Origin: the human T2T-CHM13v2.0 reference genome, Homo sapiens
NCBI RefSeq assembly: GCF_009914755.1
Contig: NC_060927.1
Length of the DNA: 64,000 bases
Strand: one strand, 5' to 3'
Shown: piece after piece, positions 34,353 through 48,550 of the stretch
How positions within the stretch are numbered: the first letter of the stretch is position 1
Layout: every line of letters starts with the position of its first letter
Notes under the pieces: generated by a model
Told to the model about the DNA's origin: nothing
What the model saw: only the letters and a program-made list of their open reading frames with translations
Databases searched by the model: none
Position numbers and translations under genes: made by a program

Positions 34353-37300
34353 GAGGGGTATAGGGACACTGCCTCAGTCCACTAGAGTTCACATTCCTTC
34401 GTCTGGTCAATGTTGACTTTTTAGTCTGCCTGCTTCCTGTTTGTGGCTTTTAAGCTTTTTATTAAATATCACTGGTCAGATTCCTCCATCCCACCCACCA
34501 CCTTCCATCCCTCCCACCCCCACTCCCTGCTGATTCCTCCCTTTTAACCTTTTTGAAGTGCCTTAATTGTGAAAGAATCTTCAGGAAGCCTGAGCCATCC
34601 AGTGCCAGGTGAAGGGAGAGAGAGTGCATTGCTAGCTGCAGCCTGGACATGCAGGGTGGGGAAGCCTGGGTTTTGGTGCCATGAGAGGTAAGGCTCCCAG
34701 CCTGCAGCTCGTGGACAGGGCTGGGTTCAGATGCACTTCATGGGCCTCGCTGCCGGCTCTACAGGGCATCCGGGCTGGGAAAGGCAGAATGAAGAGTCCC
34801 CTGGGTTTCCTCCCATCAGCCTTTCACCTTGGGTTGCAAGGTCAGATGCCAGGAAGGCCAAGCAGGTGTTGAAGAGGCCAGGTGGCAGGTGATAGGGAGT
34901 GGTGGGGACTATGGTGACCTGGAGAGCTGCTGTGTGGGTCCTGCCAACTCTTCACTATATGGGAACGTAGGCCTGGGGTCTCATTTTATCTAATTTTATT
35001 TTTATGTAATATCTCCTGATTAAAAACTACAACTGTCTGTGCTAAACAAAGCATGCCTTTGGCCTGGTTTGAGCCCTAGCAACTCGTAACTCCTGTTTGA
35101 ATTTTAGAAAGGACACTTGGCCCTCAGGTTCACGAGGTGAAGCTGAACCGTAATATGCAAACAGTATGTTTTAAGGAGCCACAGACACTTGCCTCAGAGA
35201 CAAGGGTCCTGATGCTAGGGCTGTTGACTCCCAGAATGTGCTGTGGGAAATCAGAGGGCTGGGGGACGGCCCCATCCTTCCTGATATCCAAGGAGCCTTC
35301 CCAGAGAGTCTTGGGGGATCTCAAGGTTGGAAAGCCCCGTATTTACAAAACATCTCCCTTCAAAGACCTTGCCATTTGCAGAATTGTACTTCATGGGAGG
35401 ATAGGAGGCCTGACAAGCTGCCAGTAGGAACCTACTGGGGAATTCTGCTGGTGGTGAGAGAGTAGTTGGAGGAAGGAGCTGGACATGGAGGAGGTTCCTG
35501 TCCAAGTCATAGCATCACTTGTAATTCCCAAGGGTTGTAGGGTGGAGTGAGTCTTGTTATCTCCATCTCACAGGTGGGAGCCGGGTAGCAGAGAGCCTGA
35601 GGGCTTTGCCCACGGTCTGTCTGTGTCACCTCACCCCTCTCCATCAGCTCTGTTGATGCCCCTAGAGAGCAGTCATGTCTTCAAAGAATCTGGAGCTGGG
35701 AGGCCCATGTGGTGCTTGGAGAAGCACTGCACCTGGGAGGCTGCGCTCCCAAAGCTCATCTTGGCAAGCCGTCTGTCCCACCGCTGCCACCCTCCCCTCT
35801 GCCTCAGTGTGCCAGGCATCAGCACTCACTCACAGAGGCAGGCTGGATGGCGGGTGGGACAACAGCTTCCGCAGCCCCTCCTGTTCCCACTTTGCAGGGA
35901 GAAAAGAACACCTTGATGACTCCCAACTGGAGAAGAATCATGTGAGAAGCTGAATAGACTTGTTCCTAATGACAGCTCTGAGTCACTGGGCATTTACTCT
36001 AGGACAGAAAAGGGCACACATGTGCCCGTGATCTTATCTCCTGAAGCAATGCTCTGTAAATCTAAAATCTCCCAGGGCTGTTGTTTTGTGTACCTGCCAA
36101 GATGTGGCAAGCTTTTTGAATGGCCCAAATTCATGATAGGTGGCCCCTCTCCCACAGGGTGCTCCTGAACCAGCTGATTTGGGACAGTTCATGTGTGTGT
36201 CTGCTTTAGCATTGAGGGGCACGCGGAGCTTAAAGCCTTGTTACTGGAAAGCCCCAGGCCCCTATTACCACTCGCGTGCCCATGTGTCACTGATTCTCAC
36301 CAGGTAACAACTGACCATGGAACAGAGCTGCAAGTGCTTACCTCATACTAGCCAGAGAGCCGTGATTGAGAACATAGCCCACTCAAGGCCACAGCCGCGG
36401 CCTCATCCTAGCAGCGGGTGCTGCTCACGTGCCGGGAGCTCAAAAGGGTACTCATATCTCAGGCACTTGGTCTTGTGAGTAGCCAGAATTCTCATTCAAA
36501 CCCTAAAATAGAGATCTTACTTTTGGTGATCTTTAATAACCTTTTGATTATTACTAATCACAAATTAATGTACTCCAGATGAGAAAAAGAAAAAAAATTT
36601 GTAGAACCATACTTACAGTTAAGACCCCAGAAGGAGCTTCTATTTACTGATTATCAGGGAGAGCCAGCACTCAGGAGGAGGAGAAACAGCCCCCAAAATG
36701 TGAGCTATGATGTATAGCAGTTGGGCTGCCCGCTGTACAGCTGAGGAGACTGGGGCTGGCAGGATGGGCAGTGCAGTTGCTGGTGTTCCCATTGCAACAA
36801 GCACCTCGTTTCACTGCACAAGCAGACCATTTCAAACCGCTCTGCTGCATGCCAGGGCTAGGATAGTCTGTGCCCAGGGAGGTGTGCCACAGAGGTGGGC
36901 ACTCAGCGCAAGAAAGCCAGAACAAAGCAGACACTTGGGCAAAGGTAGCAAACATCCACACCTGAGATTCGAACCCAGAGCACCTCACTCTCAACCACTC
37001 TGCTCGAGACTCCCCACACCATGATGCCTTATAGGCAGGGCTGGGGGTGAGGCACTGAAGTGTATCTCCCTTCCTCAGGGTATGCGGGAGAAGGGAAGGG
37101 TTGGTCATTCAGCTCAGTGGGCCCTTGGACAGAGGGCCTGAAATGACTACCCTATGGCCCCTGGGAAGAGGGAGTCAGGAAAGCCACTTCTGCTCACCTC
37201 TGAAGAGGGTCCTGAGGAGGGCTCCTGGGCCATCCTGCACCCAATGCTGCCCCTGTGCCCACCCCCAGGGCTGCAGGGGCTGTGACTCTGAATTATGCCC

Positions 37301-37622
37301 ATCAGTGTGCCATGCAGAAGGGGATGGATTTACATGGAATAGGAAGTGTTGCTTGCATGAATGAATAAATGAAGGAGTTTGGTGGAATAGACTGGACTGG
37401 AATGAACAAATGAATGTACCCAGGCCCACGAGGGCCACTCTCAGCTCTGTTTTCTGCAGCCTCACAGTGGAGGCCAAACAGCCTGGTGCTTTGTGTGCTA
37501 CAGGCTTCCCCAGAACCTCAGCAATGCGGGCAGACACCAACCTCATCAGACTCCCTCAGAAGCTGCTGCCTAGGAACAGAGCTTGGGGGAGGGCTCGAGT
37601 TTCCTGATCTTTAAAACAAGGG

Positions 37623-37760
37623 GGCCAGGCACAGTGGCTCACCCCTGTAATCTCAGCACTCTGGGAGGCCGAGGCAAGAGAATTGCTTGAAGCCAGGAGT
37701 TTAAGACCAGCCTGGGCAGCAAAGCGAGACCCCATCCCTACAAAAATGTAAATAAATTAA
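37623..37760 (+). mobile_element. Alu left monomer (FLAM_C/AluJ-like)
   Basis: ggccaggcacagtggctcacccctgtaatctcagcactctgggaggccgagg...agaccagcctgggcagcaaagcgagacccc. Confidence 0.92.
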
Positions 37761-40482
37761 TCAATCCAGGGTTTGCCAGTCCATTTAGCTCGGCAAACTT
37801 AGTTGAGGCTTAGGGCTCGGGCGGGGGATACTGAGATCCTTCTCAGAGTCCTGTCCCAAGGTGCTTTCCCTGTGGGACAGGCAGAGACATGAGCAGCCAT
37901 TCACAGTCAGCATGGCAAGTGGCCACTGGGACGTGTGGCTGGGAATGGGGGAAAGTGGCCATCCTGAGAGGAGGGCCAGAGCAAGCTTCCTGGAGGAGTA
38001 GCCTTCTGAGCAGAAGGGCGAGCGGGGAGCAGAAGGCTGCATAGAGAGCTAGAATCAGATGTGTGATGTTCGCTAGAACCCTGTGGCCAGTGGTCAGTCC
38101 AGCCTCATGGCCAGGGTCAGGAAAAGGCCAGGACAGTGGAAAGACCATGGGATGGGGAGTCGGGAACCTGGCCCTCATACCTGCCCTGAGCTCCAGTTCC
38201 TTCGCCTACACAGTGGGCATGTGAATTCTCAGACTGCCCCTCCAGGGCCTCTTCCAGCCTCATTCATCTACTGCTGACTCTGCCAGTGCTCAAGCCACTC
38301 CTCTGTGGAGTGCACCTGACCCCCAGGCCCTGCAGCACTGCTGTGGGGATGCACTGGCAGGAAGCAGGGGCTGGGAAGGCCAAGAGCACCTCCCAAACCC
38401 TGTCCCGGAGCTGCCATTTAGTCTAGCCCTCCACAGCCTGCATGGCAGCGTGGCCCCAACCCACAGGTGAGGAAACAGGCCCTTTGCTCACATCTACACT
38501 GCTAGTAAGTGAATGGGCCAGAGTTCTCTGTCTGCCCCAGGGAGATCGAGCAGAGGGGCCAGCAGGAGTAAGTGGGCACAGCATACCTGCTGCTGAGGGC
38601 AGTGCCAGCCCTGCCAGCTGGCTCTGCTCCCTTAGCCCTGCAGCCTTCTCCCAGGACTCTGGGGTTCCAGCTGGTAGCCCGTGGCCCCTGTGCTGAATCA
38701 GGTGTCTCAGGGCTCAGCATGGTATCCCATCCCATCCTCCTCTGTCCCTCATCACAATTTATTGGGCCCTCCGTGTACAGACCTGTCTAGGTGCTGGAGG
38801 GGGTCAGAGGTGAAACAAGGCCTGGGTGGGGAGGGGGCTCCCTGAGTGGATGGAGAGCCCTGGGCCAACACCCAGTGGGACAACTCCTCTGTGAACCACT
38901 CTCTGGTTTAGGAGAGGGACGGGTCAGACGAGGCCAAGGTTGCAGGGGCCGCTGGGCTAGTTACCTGGAGGGTCTCCTGGGGCATCCCAGGCTCCCTTCT
39001 GATTGGGACCAGCCACTTTCCAGTCTGTGCTTCAGCTTCTTCAGTGCTAACCCAGAGCTAGTCATTCTGATTTCCAGGAAGGCTGAAAATTTAATCATAG
39101 AATCCCTGGAGAGGACTGCCTATAGTATCCACTTACGGCAGGGGCTCCCTAAGTGGTGGCTGGAATTGTGTGCTGTGTGCACCCACCCCTCACCTGCCAG
39201 CCCTTCCTCTTGGTGGGGTAGCTCACATGTCCACTGAGGGCCTCACTTTATCCTCCCACCCATGCCCTGTCCCTACCACAGAGCACTGGGAAACGATGCC
39301 TGTAGGAGCCCCGGTGCTGCATTCATGCCAGGCTGCTTCACAGGAGATTAACCAGCCACCTTTCAAGCAGGGATTGGCTGTGCCACAAGGACCTCTCCAA
39401 TTTATTGACCCTGGAAAGCACTTTGCATGGTCAAAAACAAGGATTATACCTTTCCCTCCTGATTGAAAACAGAAGCCAAATCATAGAGGCATCCCCCAGA
39501 TGCCCCGCTTTGCCTCAGCCGTTGGATGGCCAATGTCTCTCCCGGGACCAGTACAGGGCAGAGCAGCAAGTGCTTCAGCTCAGCCCAGAAGCTGATGCAC
39601 CTCTCTGTTGACCAGGCAACAGATTGTCAGGGGCTCTCAGACCCAGGTTCACAAGGTGGCAGATTTGTCAGGGCCTAAGTCCCAGAAGCTCTATTTGCTA
39701 GAAATATGGGTCATTTAGTATGGACTGGGCCAGGCCTGCAGGAGTTGGGGACACACCCCTTCAGTGGTTTTGGGGGACCAGTGTGTTGGTGAGGTCCCAG
39801 GCAAGTAACTCTAAGAATAGAAACTATGGTTCTAAGAAATGGCCAGGGGCATTGGTCCATATGGGCTGGTGACCAGAAGGAATGGAATTGGCCTGGGTGA
39901 CTTGTAGCATGAGGGCCTACAGCCATCCGGAGGGTAGCAGGCAGGGCCTGAGGCTGAGACAATGTCAGCAGTACAATCAGCTGCTGCCCATGCCCTGTGC
40001 CAGGCAGCACGCCCTTGTGTAGTCTGACCACTCAATCCTGCCAGCAGCCCAGGGAAACCAGGCTGTCATCACCCCAGTTCTGCAGAGGAGGAAATCAGAC
40101 CAACCCCAGTGCCCTGGCAGTCAGCCTGAGGGCACAGAGGAGGAGGAGGAGGAGCAGGAGCTGGGGTCCTGATTTTCAAGGTCAGAGACAGGAGGGCTCT
40201 GGCCTCACACAGTCACTCTGACTTTAGCTAGCTCTTCTTTACCAAGCACTGACTCTTGTGTGTGGAAAGTATTTTTCTGGTATCAGACATAGTGTTGGGT
40301 TCTGGGCACATGGCTCAAACAAGACACAGTCCCTGCACCCCGGGAGTTCACAGCTAATCACCCCTCTGTTCAACAGTGTGCTTTTGAGCCCCTGTTATGT
40401 GTCATCCTTGTGTTGGGTTCTAGAAAGACCACAGTGAGCCACAGCCCACATGACCCCTGAGCTCATGGGGCTGTTGGGTTGG

Positions 40483-40866
40483 TGTACTAGTCAACTCGGG
40501 CTATCATAACAGAATACCACAGACGCGGTGGCTTAAACAATAGGCATTCATTTCCTGTCAGTTCTGGAGCCTGGAAGTCCAAGATCAAGGTGTCTGCAGG
40601 GTGGGTTTCTCCTGCAGCCTCTCTCTTGGCTTGCAGACGGCTGCCTTCTCCCTGTGTCCTCACATGGCTGTCCCTCTGTGCGTGTCTGTGTCCCAACCTC
40701 TATTTTGAAGGACATTAGTCAGTTTGGTTTAGAACTCAACCTAAAGACCTCATTTCATCTTAATTACACCTTTAAAGGCCCTGCCTCCAAATACAGTCCC
40801 ATTCTAAAGTCTGGGGGTTAGGATTCCAGTATATGAATTTGAAGGGACACAGTTCAGCCTGTAACA
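40483..40866 (-). mobile_element. MLT1 (MLT1B-like) solo LTR
   Basis: tgtactagtc...ataacagaataccacagac...ctggaagtccaagatcaaggtgtc...gggacacagttcagcctgtaaca; TSD gttgg/gttag. Confidence 0.9.
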
Positions 40867-41756
40867 GTTAGGATGCTGGCACTGGCAGACTTTCTCCTGA
40901 GCATTTGTGTATTGGCAGCCACATGCATGCTGTGCACAGAAGGTGCACAATGCCATGAGATCTTACAGTAGGACCCCAACCGAGTCTGGGCTTGGGAAGG
41001 CTTCCTTCGGAAGTGGCATTGCACTGGGGTCTGAGGACAAATTGGAGTCTCAGTGCCCCTGGAGGTGAGGGTGCCACAGTGGTGCTGCTCAGGCTATTCC
41101 TGCTGGCCCTGAGTATCACCTCCGCATCGAACCAGCCACCTGCTGTGTGGACTCCTGTGCCTGTAAGCAAGAGCCACATCCTGTTTCCACAAGGCCTACC
41201 TCAGGGATGCCGTGAGACTGCAACATTGCTGCACCCCTACTTAGGCTGCCGATTATGGACTTATGTCCCCTTCCCACCTTACAGGGAGAGAGACAGCCTT
41301 GAAACCAGACCCAGAGATGAGTGAAGCACCACAGTTGGTGCTGTGGCCCCACTGCCTGCCTGGCCATATCACTGGCTCCATCAGCCCTCCAAAGAAACCA
41401 GCTCTACAATAAGACTCCCTTTTCCTGTCACCCATTTCATCTGGAATGCCAAGCAGTTCTGCACTGGTGACGCGTGCTGACTCCAGCTCAGGCTAGGGCT
41501 CTGCTGAAAAGCTGCCTCCTGCGATCACTTGCCTAATGGTTCTTCCTCCCACCACCCACTGGGAGAGCCGTGCCTCAGGAATTCCATGGGGCCAGTCACA
41601 TGGCCTGATGCCCTTGGGCTGGGCCAGGATGGTGCTGCCACAGCCTAGATCCTGGGTGTAGCCCCTTGCACAAGGTCAGCTGGAGTGTGTCCTGTCTCCA
41701 GCTACAGCCAGTCACAGCAGATGGTGGTTGCATTTGGCACAGAAGTACAGTCCACA

Positions 41757-42239
<483 letters not shown>

Positions 42240-43339
42240 TCACTGTTGCTAATCCTTCTGAAGGGCCTGGGTCAGCTCACTGCCTTTGGAGCCCTCGGTT
42301 TTCATCTGATAAAATGGGGGTAACAATCCTGTCTTGAAGGACTGTGAGGAGTAAACCAGTGTGCAAGGATGCCCAGCATGTTGCAGGCGTTGGGAGTGGG
42401 CTGCCAGCCCCTTCCCTCATCTGCCTGCACCGCATGAGCCTGACACGTGCCGGAGTCCAGGCCTGAAAACCCAAGGGGCTGGGCCCCCTGAGCTCCATGC
42501 CCGTATTGCTGGGCTGTAGCACAGCCACGGTGGCATTACCACTTCCAATTTTTCAAGAAAGCCTGGATATCTGTATTTTTACATGAAATCTTCCCATTCT
42601 CAGTTGGGCCACAATGTGTGGTCTCTGTGTTGGCACCAGGTCCTTAATGTGCCGTCTCTTCCTCCTGCTGCAGCCTTCAAGAGGAGGCCATCGCCCTGTT
42701 TCTCCCAAAGGCACTGTGAGGCTCAGAGGAGCTAGATGACTGGCCCACCAGACCCTGAAGTTCCCAATGGAAGTGGACATCACCCATGGTTCCACTTAGC
42801 TGGGAGGCTTCTGGAAACTCAGCATAGAGCAAAAGTGAAAACACATCCTGGTGCCAAAGGGACAGGACACGATGAGCCCTGAGGTTGTGGATATTGTTAT
42901 GTTCCCATAAATAACAGGCCCTCAGACAATGGGCTGTGAGGCTGTGTGTTCCTCTGGGGTTTGAAATGAAACTGGCTTTCTTCTCTTTTAAAATGTGCTC
43001 TCTCCAACCATCCAGCTGCTCTGTTTGGAGCAGATTCTGGGGCAACCCCAATAACCTGTCCTTGGGATTTCATTAGCACCACCAGCCAGCTGCCTGGAAA
43101 GTAGCCCCTGCCAGGACCAAATTAACTTTTACTGAGAGACATTGGCAGGGCTGGTATTGTGCACACTTGGCATTTTCAGCCCACACTGGGATGTGGGTAG
43201 CAGGGTACCTTCAAAGAACAAGAGCTTCGGAGGCAGCCAGACCTGTGTTGGAATCCTGGCTAGAATGCTACCCTTTCTGAAAATCCCAGTTTCCTCATCA
43301 GTAAGGTGGGTTATCTTGAGGACTTTCCCTCCTAGCTTT

Positions 43340-43900
43340 TTAAATAATTTCAAACATACTGAAGAGTGGAAAGCTTATTGAGCAGTGTTGCTCCCTTGGC
43401 TTCAACAATTGCTCCGTGTTGTCTTGTCTGCTTTGTTTGTGCGCCGAGCCGACTGAGGGTTCCTCCTGGTGCTGCTGCTGTGCCTGCACCCTCAGCACAT
43501 GTCCCCGAGGAACAAGGACATTCTCCTGCAGAACCACAACGCAGTTACCACTGGAGAAATGTGACATTGATGCCACATTGTCTAGGATACAGTCCATTTT
43601 CAGATTCCCCAACTGTCGCAATAGTGTCTTAGGAAGTTTTCCATGCTTGAGGAGTCAGTGAAAGGTGGCACCTGCGCTCAGTGCTGCCACCAATAGTTTT
43701 ACAACACTGATGTTTTTGAAGAGCCCAGGTTGGTTGTTTCCCAGTGCACTCTTTGGGTCTGTCTGATATTTCTTCATGACTGGGTTCAGGCTGTGCATTT
43801 TTGGAAGGAATTCTACAGAGGTGATTTCGGGGCCTTAGTGTGTCCTATCCGGATGTCTGCCCATCATAGGCAATGCTAGGTTTGACCACTAGTGAAGGTG
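43340..43900 (-). mobile_element. L1MC-type 3'UTR (antisense), apparently inserted into a MIR
   Basis: gaacaaggacattctcctgcagaaccacaac...tacagtccattttcagattcccc...ctgtgcatttttggaaggaat; MIR halves at ~43215-43335 and ~43900-43990. Confidence 0.75.
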
Positions 43901-44920
43901 GTTGTTAGGAGGTTCAATGAGGTGATGAAGACAGAGCCCAGGCCCAGAGATAGCTGTGTGGAGGGAGTGCAGCGGCCCACACTCACCACCGGTATCATAG
44001 CTCAGCAGCTGTGCCCCATGCAGGATGCCTCTGTGGCCTGGGAGGAGGGGCACCAGCAGGTCCCTTGGGAAGTTACAGTAAAGGCCCCGGTCTGGCAGCA
44101 GTGAGGCAGAGCTGACTCTCTGGAGCCAGATCTAGGGATATCCTACCCCTCTCCCATATCCCCATGGGGCTAAGCCAGGGCCTGTGGAGGGAGGAGAGGA
44201 GCTGCTACTTCCCCCAAAGCCTTCTCTTTCTCCCTCTCCCCGACCACCCACCCTCTCTCCCCAGCCCAGCTCTGTTTCAGCCATTGCCCCTCTCCCTGTG
44301 ACCAGCATCAGACCTGAGCACAGAGGACTGGCTCTAGGCCCATCCCAGGGGGCACCGTTTGGGTGGAGATGTTACAGAAAGGAGCAAGCACTATAGTAGG
44401 GGCCCTACAGGGCTTTGGAGAAAGAGCATGGAGTGACTGCTCCCTTCCAGAGTGAAGGTGGGAAGTTTTACCGATGCAGTGAGGCTTGAGCTTGTCTTGA
44501 AGGTGAGGAGATTTCCCCAGGGAGAAAAGGGAGGAAGGGTGTTCAGGACAGAAGGAACAGAGTGTGCTAGGGCACAGAGGATGGAAAGAGTGGCATATTC
44601 TGGGAATATGGAATAGAAACTAATATTCATTGCTTGTTAAAATGAGTAGGACATTGTTCTAAGTGTTGTATATGTTATTAACTCCTTTGATATATATAAA
44701 ATGATGGTTTTGGAGCAGTTTTTTTTTTAAAAGCAATGGAATTCTTTGTTTTTTCACCCGAAGTCTTTCATGGAATCCAATTGAGGCCCTGGGGAGCCTC
44801 CTTGCTGTTCACCTCAAATCCAGCCCTGAGGCTCATCCTTGGATGGATGGGGAGGAGGGGAGGAGGAGCTTACTCCCGAAAGGCCTTGGCCTCCATGCTT
44901 GTATCTGGCCTTTGTCTAGA

Positions 44921-45123
44921 CAGGGTTCCCATCGACACTGCTGACACTGGGGCTGGACCATCCTCTACTGTGGGGCTGCCTTGTGCCCTGCAGGGTGTTT
45001 GTGGGTATCCCTGGCTTCTTCTTACTAGGTACAGCCTCACCCAAGTTGCAGCAATGAAAAACTTCTCTAGATGTTCCCAAGTGTCCCCTGGGGACCAAAA
45101 TATCCCCCAGTTGAGAACCACTG
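44921..45123 (-). mobile_element. MER20 hAT MITE
   Basis: gacactgctgacactggggctggaccatcctctactgtggggctg...tgtcccctggggaccaaaatatcccccagttgagaaccactg. Confidence 0.88.
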
Positions 45124-48100
45124 GTCTAAGCAAGTGGCAGAAGGAACTGGTGGTTGGTGTGCAGGGAGGAACACAGTCAGAAAGCTCTGTCTGGCAGCTG
45201 GTTGGAGGGGGCAAGCCAAGGCCTGAGGCTGGACAGTGGGCACATGGGGAGGAGGGCAGAGGGGCAGGATGCACCCCAGAACCTGTTGGGGTGCAGAATG
45301 AGGAGGGTGATGTCCAGAATAGATTCTACCCCAGGCCTCGTGGGCAGCCTCTGGCCAGCAAGGAGGGCCTAGGCATGCCCCCAGAGTCCCAGCCCCATGG
45401 TAGGGGCCCTACAGGGCCATGGGGAAAGAGAGGACAGAGTGGTCCTGCAGGGGCCGGGGCCCGGCGGCAGTGCCTCATCCATCCTGAGGTCTCTGGGTGC
45501 TTGGTGGTGGGGGGCCCTGAGCTCTGGGCCCAGTGGCCTTGAGAGGAGGGAGGCTCTGTCCAGCCTGGTGCGGACCAGGAGTGCAGGATCTTTACTGGCC
45601 CTTACACAGTGAATGCAACTTTTCTTTGGGAACTATTTCTCTTTGCTTAGGACTCTCTAAAACTTTCCAGATTTGCCAGTTTGTAGTTTTAGGGAAAATT
45701 TGTATTTTTCCATATGCAGTTATCCTACCTAAATAAAGTCAGCAGAGTGAACTGATAAAACAATTAACATTTTAGGCAGTGGAAAGTGGAACTTGCGATT
45801 GGCTGTCTCTGGAGGGTCTCTCCAGAAAGTCTTGATTTAGCAAACCACCAGCAATCTTAGATACCTGAGAGAAAGTTCCAGAAATCAGAGGCCGGCCCAT
45901 GTTCTATCGTGGATGATCTTGGCTTGGGCAGTTCTGTGGATCTTGTGTCTGATACTCCATGCCCTGGACTGCCATGGCAGCTGGTCAAGGGGCCTAAAAC
46001 CCTGAAGCCTTTAAATACATGTGCCAGCAGCAGGAAACTCCCTGCCCCAAATTCCCCCATGATTTGGATTCACCACAACACTTACCATGTGTTCAGAGAC
46101 GCTTGGTCATCACAGTCACTAGCAAGGGGAGGAAAACCCCTTCCTGGCTAGGTGCTGGGGGTACAGAGGGCCTGGGGCAGGACGGTGCTCCAGCATGCTC
46201 TGCCACTACTACCACTGTTACTGCCGATGTTCATTTAGCTCCTGCTGTGTGCCAGACTACCTGACATGCTTTGTTGAAATCCACTACAGTGTAGAAATCC
46301 ACTCTTTTGTTCCTTCAGCACCCCCTGAGGTGGGCACTATTAGTAGGTCGTCACTCACCCAATGTCTGACAGACCACACTGCCTTTAGTGACCACAGCAC
46401 AGCAGCCCTCTCTGGGACAAACAGGTTAGGGTGAAGGGTGCTGGGCCCCTGACTATACGTAAACAAGGTATTCACAGCAGTGCTTAGAGCTGCGCCTAGC
46501 GAGGGTTGGTGCTCACCAGCCACTGCTGCTGTAGATGTCACTTCCATGAAACCTCTGAGTTGTTCCTGGCTTCCTTCCTGTCTGAGGAGGAGGCAGGGGA
46601 GTAATAACAATAACACCTGTAATTGTACCTATAGAAAACATGTACAGAGCAGTCCCAAGGCTGAGTGTTTCCTGAAGAGCGTCTCACTGATCTGCCCTGT
46701 ACAAATGTCAAGATGAGGCCCTGAGAAGTGGAATGACTTGCACGAGGTCGCACAGCTGAGAAAGGGAGGAGGAGCCAGGATTTTACCCCATTTTGTCTGA
46801 CTGCAGAGCCCCAGCACTTTATGCTGAAAGAGAACTGGGAGCCAGTGGAGTGTGGAGTTCCGTGCAATGTGGAGCCAGGCAGGCAGGGACGAGTGAGAGA
46901 ACCTGGCACCCATTGTGTGGATGTTGGGCCCACCTTGCTCTTGCCTGCCTCCTCCACCTGGGCTCTCTCACCTGGCCACAGAGTCAGCTGAGTTTAGAAT
47001 GGCACTTGATGAGCTACAGGTAACCATTGGATTGCTCAGGCACCCAGGGCCACTCCTGGAACCTGTCTCCAGGGAACCTCTGTGGCCCACACAGGATCTA
47101 GCCCTGGGCCAGAGTGTTTCACTGCTGCCGGGTAGTTAGCCAGGGACCTACAGCAGCAGCGAGCCTTTGGTTGGTGAGCAACCCCTAGCTGGGGCTCCTG
47201 TGACCTGGTGTTTATTTAGTGCTCGAAGGTTGGGATCACCACGTGCATGTCCAGGGAGCTCTGCTATCCACACACAACCTCCTCACAGATACAGGCTAGT
47301 GCCTATACCAAGCCCTTCCCAGCAGGGCTCTATTCATCCAGTCTCCTGTCCTTGGGGTGGGTCAGCTCTGGAGGGGGCTAACCAAAAAGATCCAGGTATC
47401 ACATGCATATCTTAAGCCAATTCTCACCCATAAAATTTCACAGTCCCATTAGAGAGAAAGCTTAAAAATCTGGGGAAAAAGTCACCCACAGTCTCCTCAC
47501 CCCAGTAGCATCCCAAGGGACTTTTGGTTCCATTTCCTTCCAGCACTTTCCACATGTCACTTGGCCAGGCTGGGAAGGGCTCATGGTCGGGAGTGAGAGT
47601 TGAAGGCCCACCTCCTTCACTGGCCATTAGACCTGGACCAGCCCCGCTGCCTCCCTGAGCTGCACTCCCCTCTGCAGCATGCAAGGGCAGTGCTGATGTC
47701 TATCATTAGCTCTGGAGGGTGCAGTTGGAAACCATGAGTATGAAGTGCCCACCCAGGGTCCAGCACCTGAAGATGCACCATCGGTGCCCAGTGCTGTCAT
47801 CGACTGTGTGGCTCTTTTGGACGTGACACCACACCAGACCCCCAGGTCATACTGCTGCTTTCCTTGGGGCTTCCTCAGAGGCTGCTGTTCATGTTTTCCC
47901 CTCGCCTCCAAGGGCTGTGCTTGTAGACTTGTGTAAGCGGACCGTGCTTACCTCACCATCTCCTACTGGTCAGGTACCTACAATTTTTCCCACTGTTTTT
48001 CGTTATTATGGCCAACATTCAGAGTCATCCTGGAGCTTTTCTCACCATCAACCTTTGAGTGTGGGCCATTCAGTCAGGACACACTTACTCACTCTCAGAT

Positions 48101-48299
48101 TTCTTTAGTTTGCCTCAGTGGGTGAGTGGGGGAGACCTAGGGGGCTTTCTACTGGGGACCCCATTCCAGTTCCTGGCACTAATTGTGGCTCAATAAAGGC
48201 ACACTGAATAAAAGAATGCCAGAAATTTCACTGAGACGTGATTTTCCTCCATGTTTATGATTCAGTGATCAAAGTTAGAAATTGTTAAAAAAAATGAAA

Positions 48300-48550
48300 A
48301 ACAATAATATATTTCTCACTGTATGCCATATACTTTTCTAAGCATATTATATATAATAATATAATTTACTCTTCACAACAAACCTGAAGGAATTATAATT
48401 ATTGAAATTGCCATTTTGCAAATGAGGAAACAGAAGCACAGAGAGGTAAAGGAAAGTGCTCCAAGTCACACAGCTCTTGAGCCCCAGAGCTGAGACTTGA
48501 GCCCAGGCCATCTGGCACTGGAGCTCATGCTCTTAGCCCTGTGTTCTCTG
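48300..48550 (-). mobile_element. MIR
   Basis: ccattttgcaaatgaggaaacagaagcacagagaggtaaagg...ccaagtcacacagct...gagacttgagcccagg. Confidence 0.85.

Noticed and set aside
36940-37020. tRNA-like gagattcgaaccc
   Set aside because: No cloverleaf; fits the tRNA-derived head of an antisense MIR.
44736-45542. 268-aa ORF
   Set aside because: Runs through a MER20 and GC-rich sequence, with no recognisable domain or splice structure.
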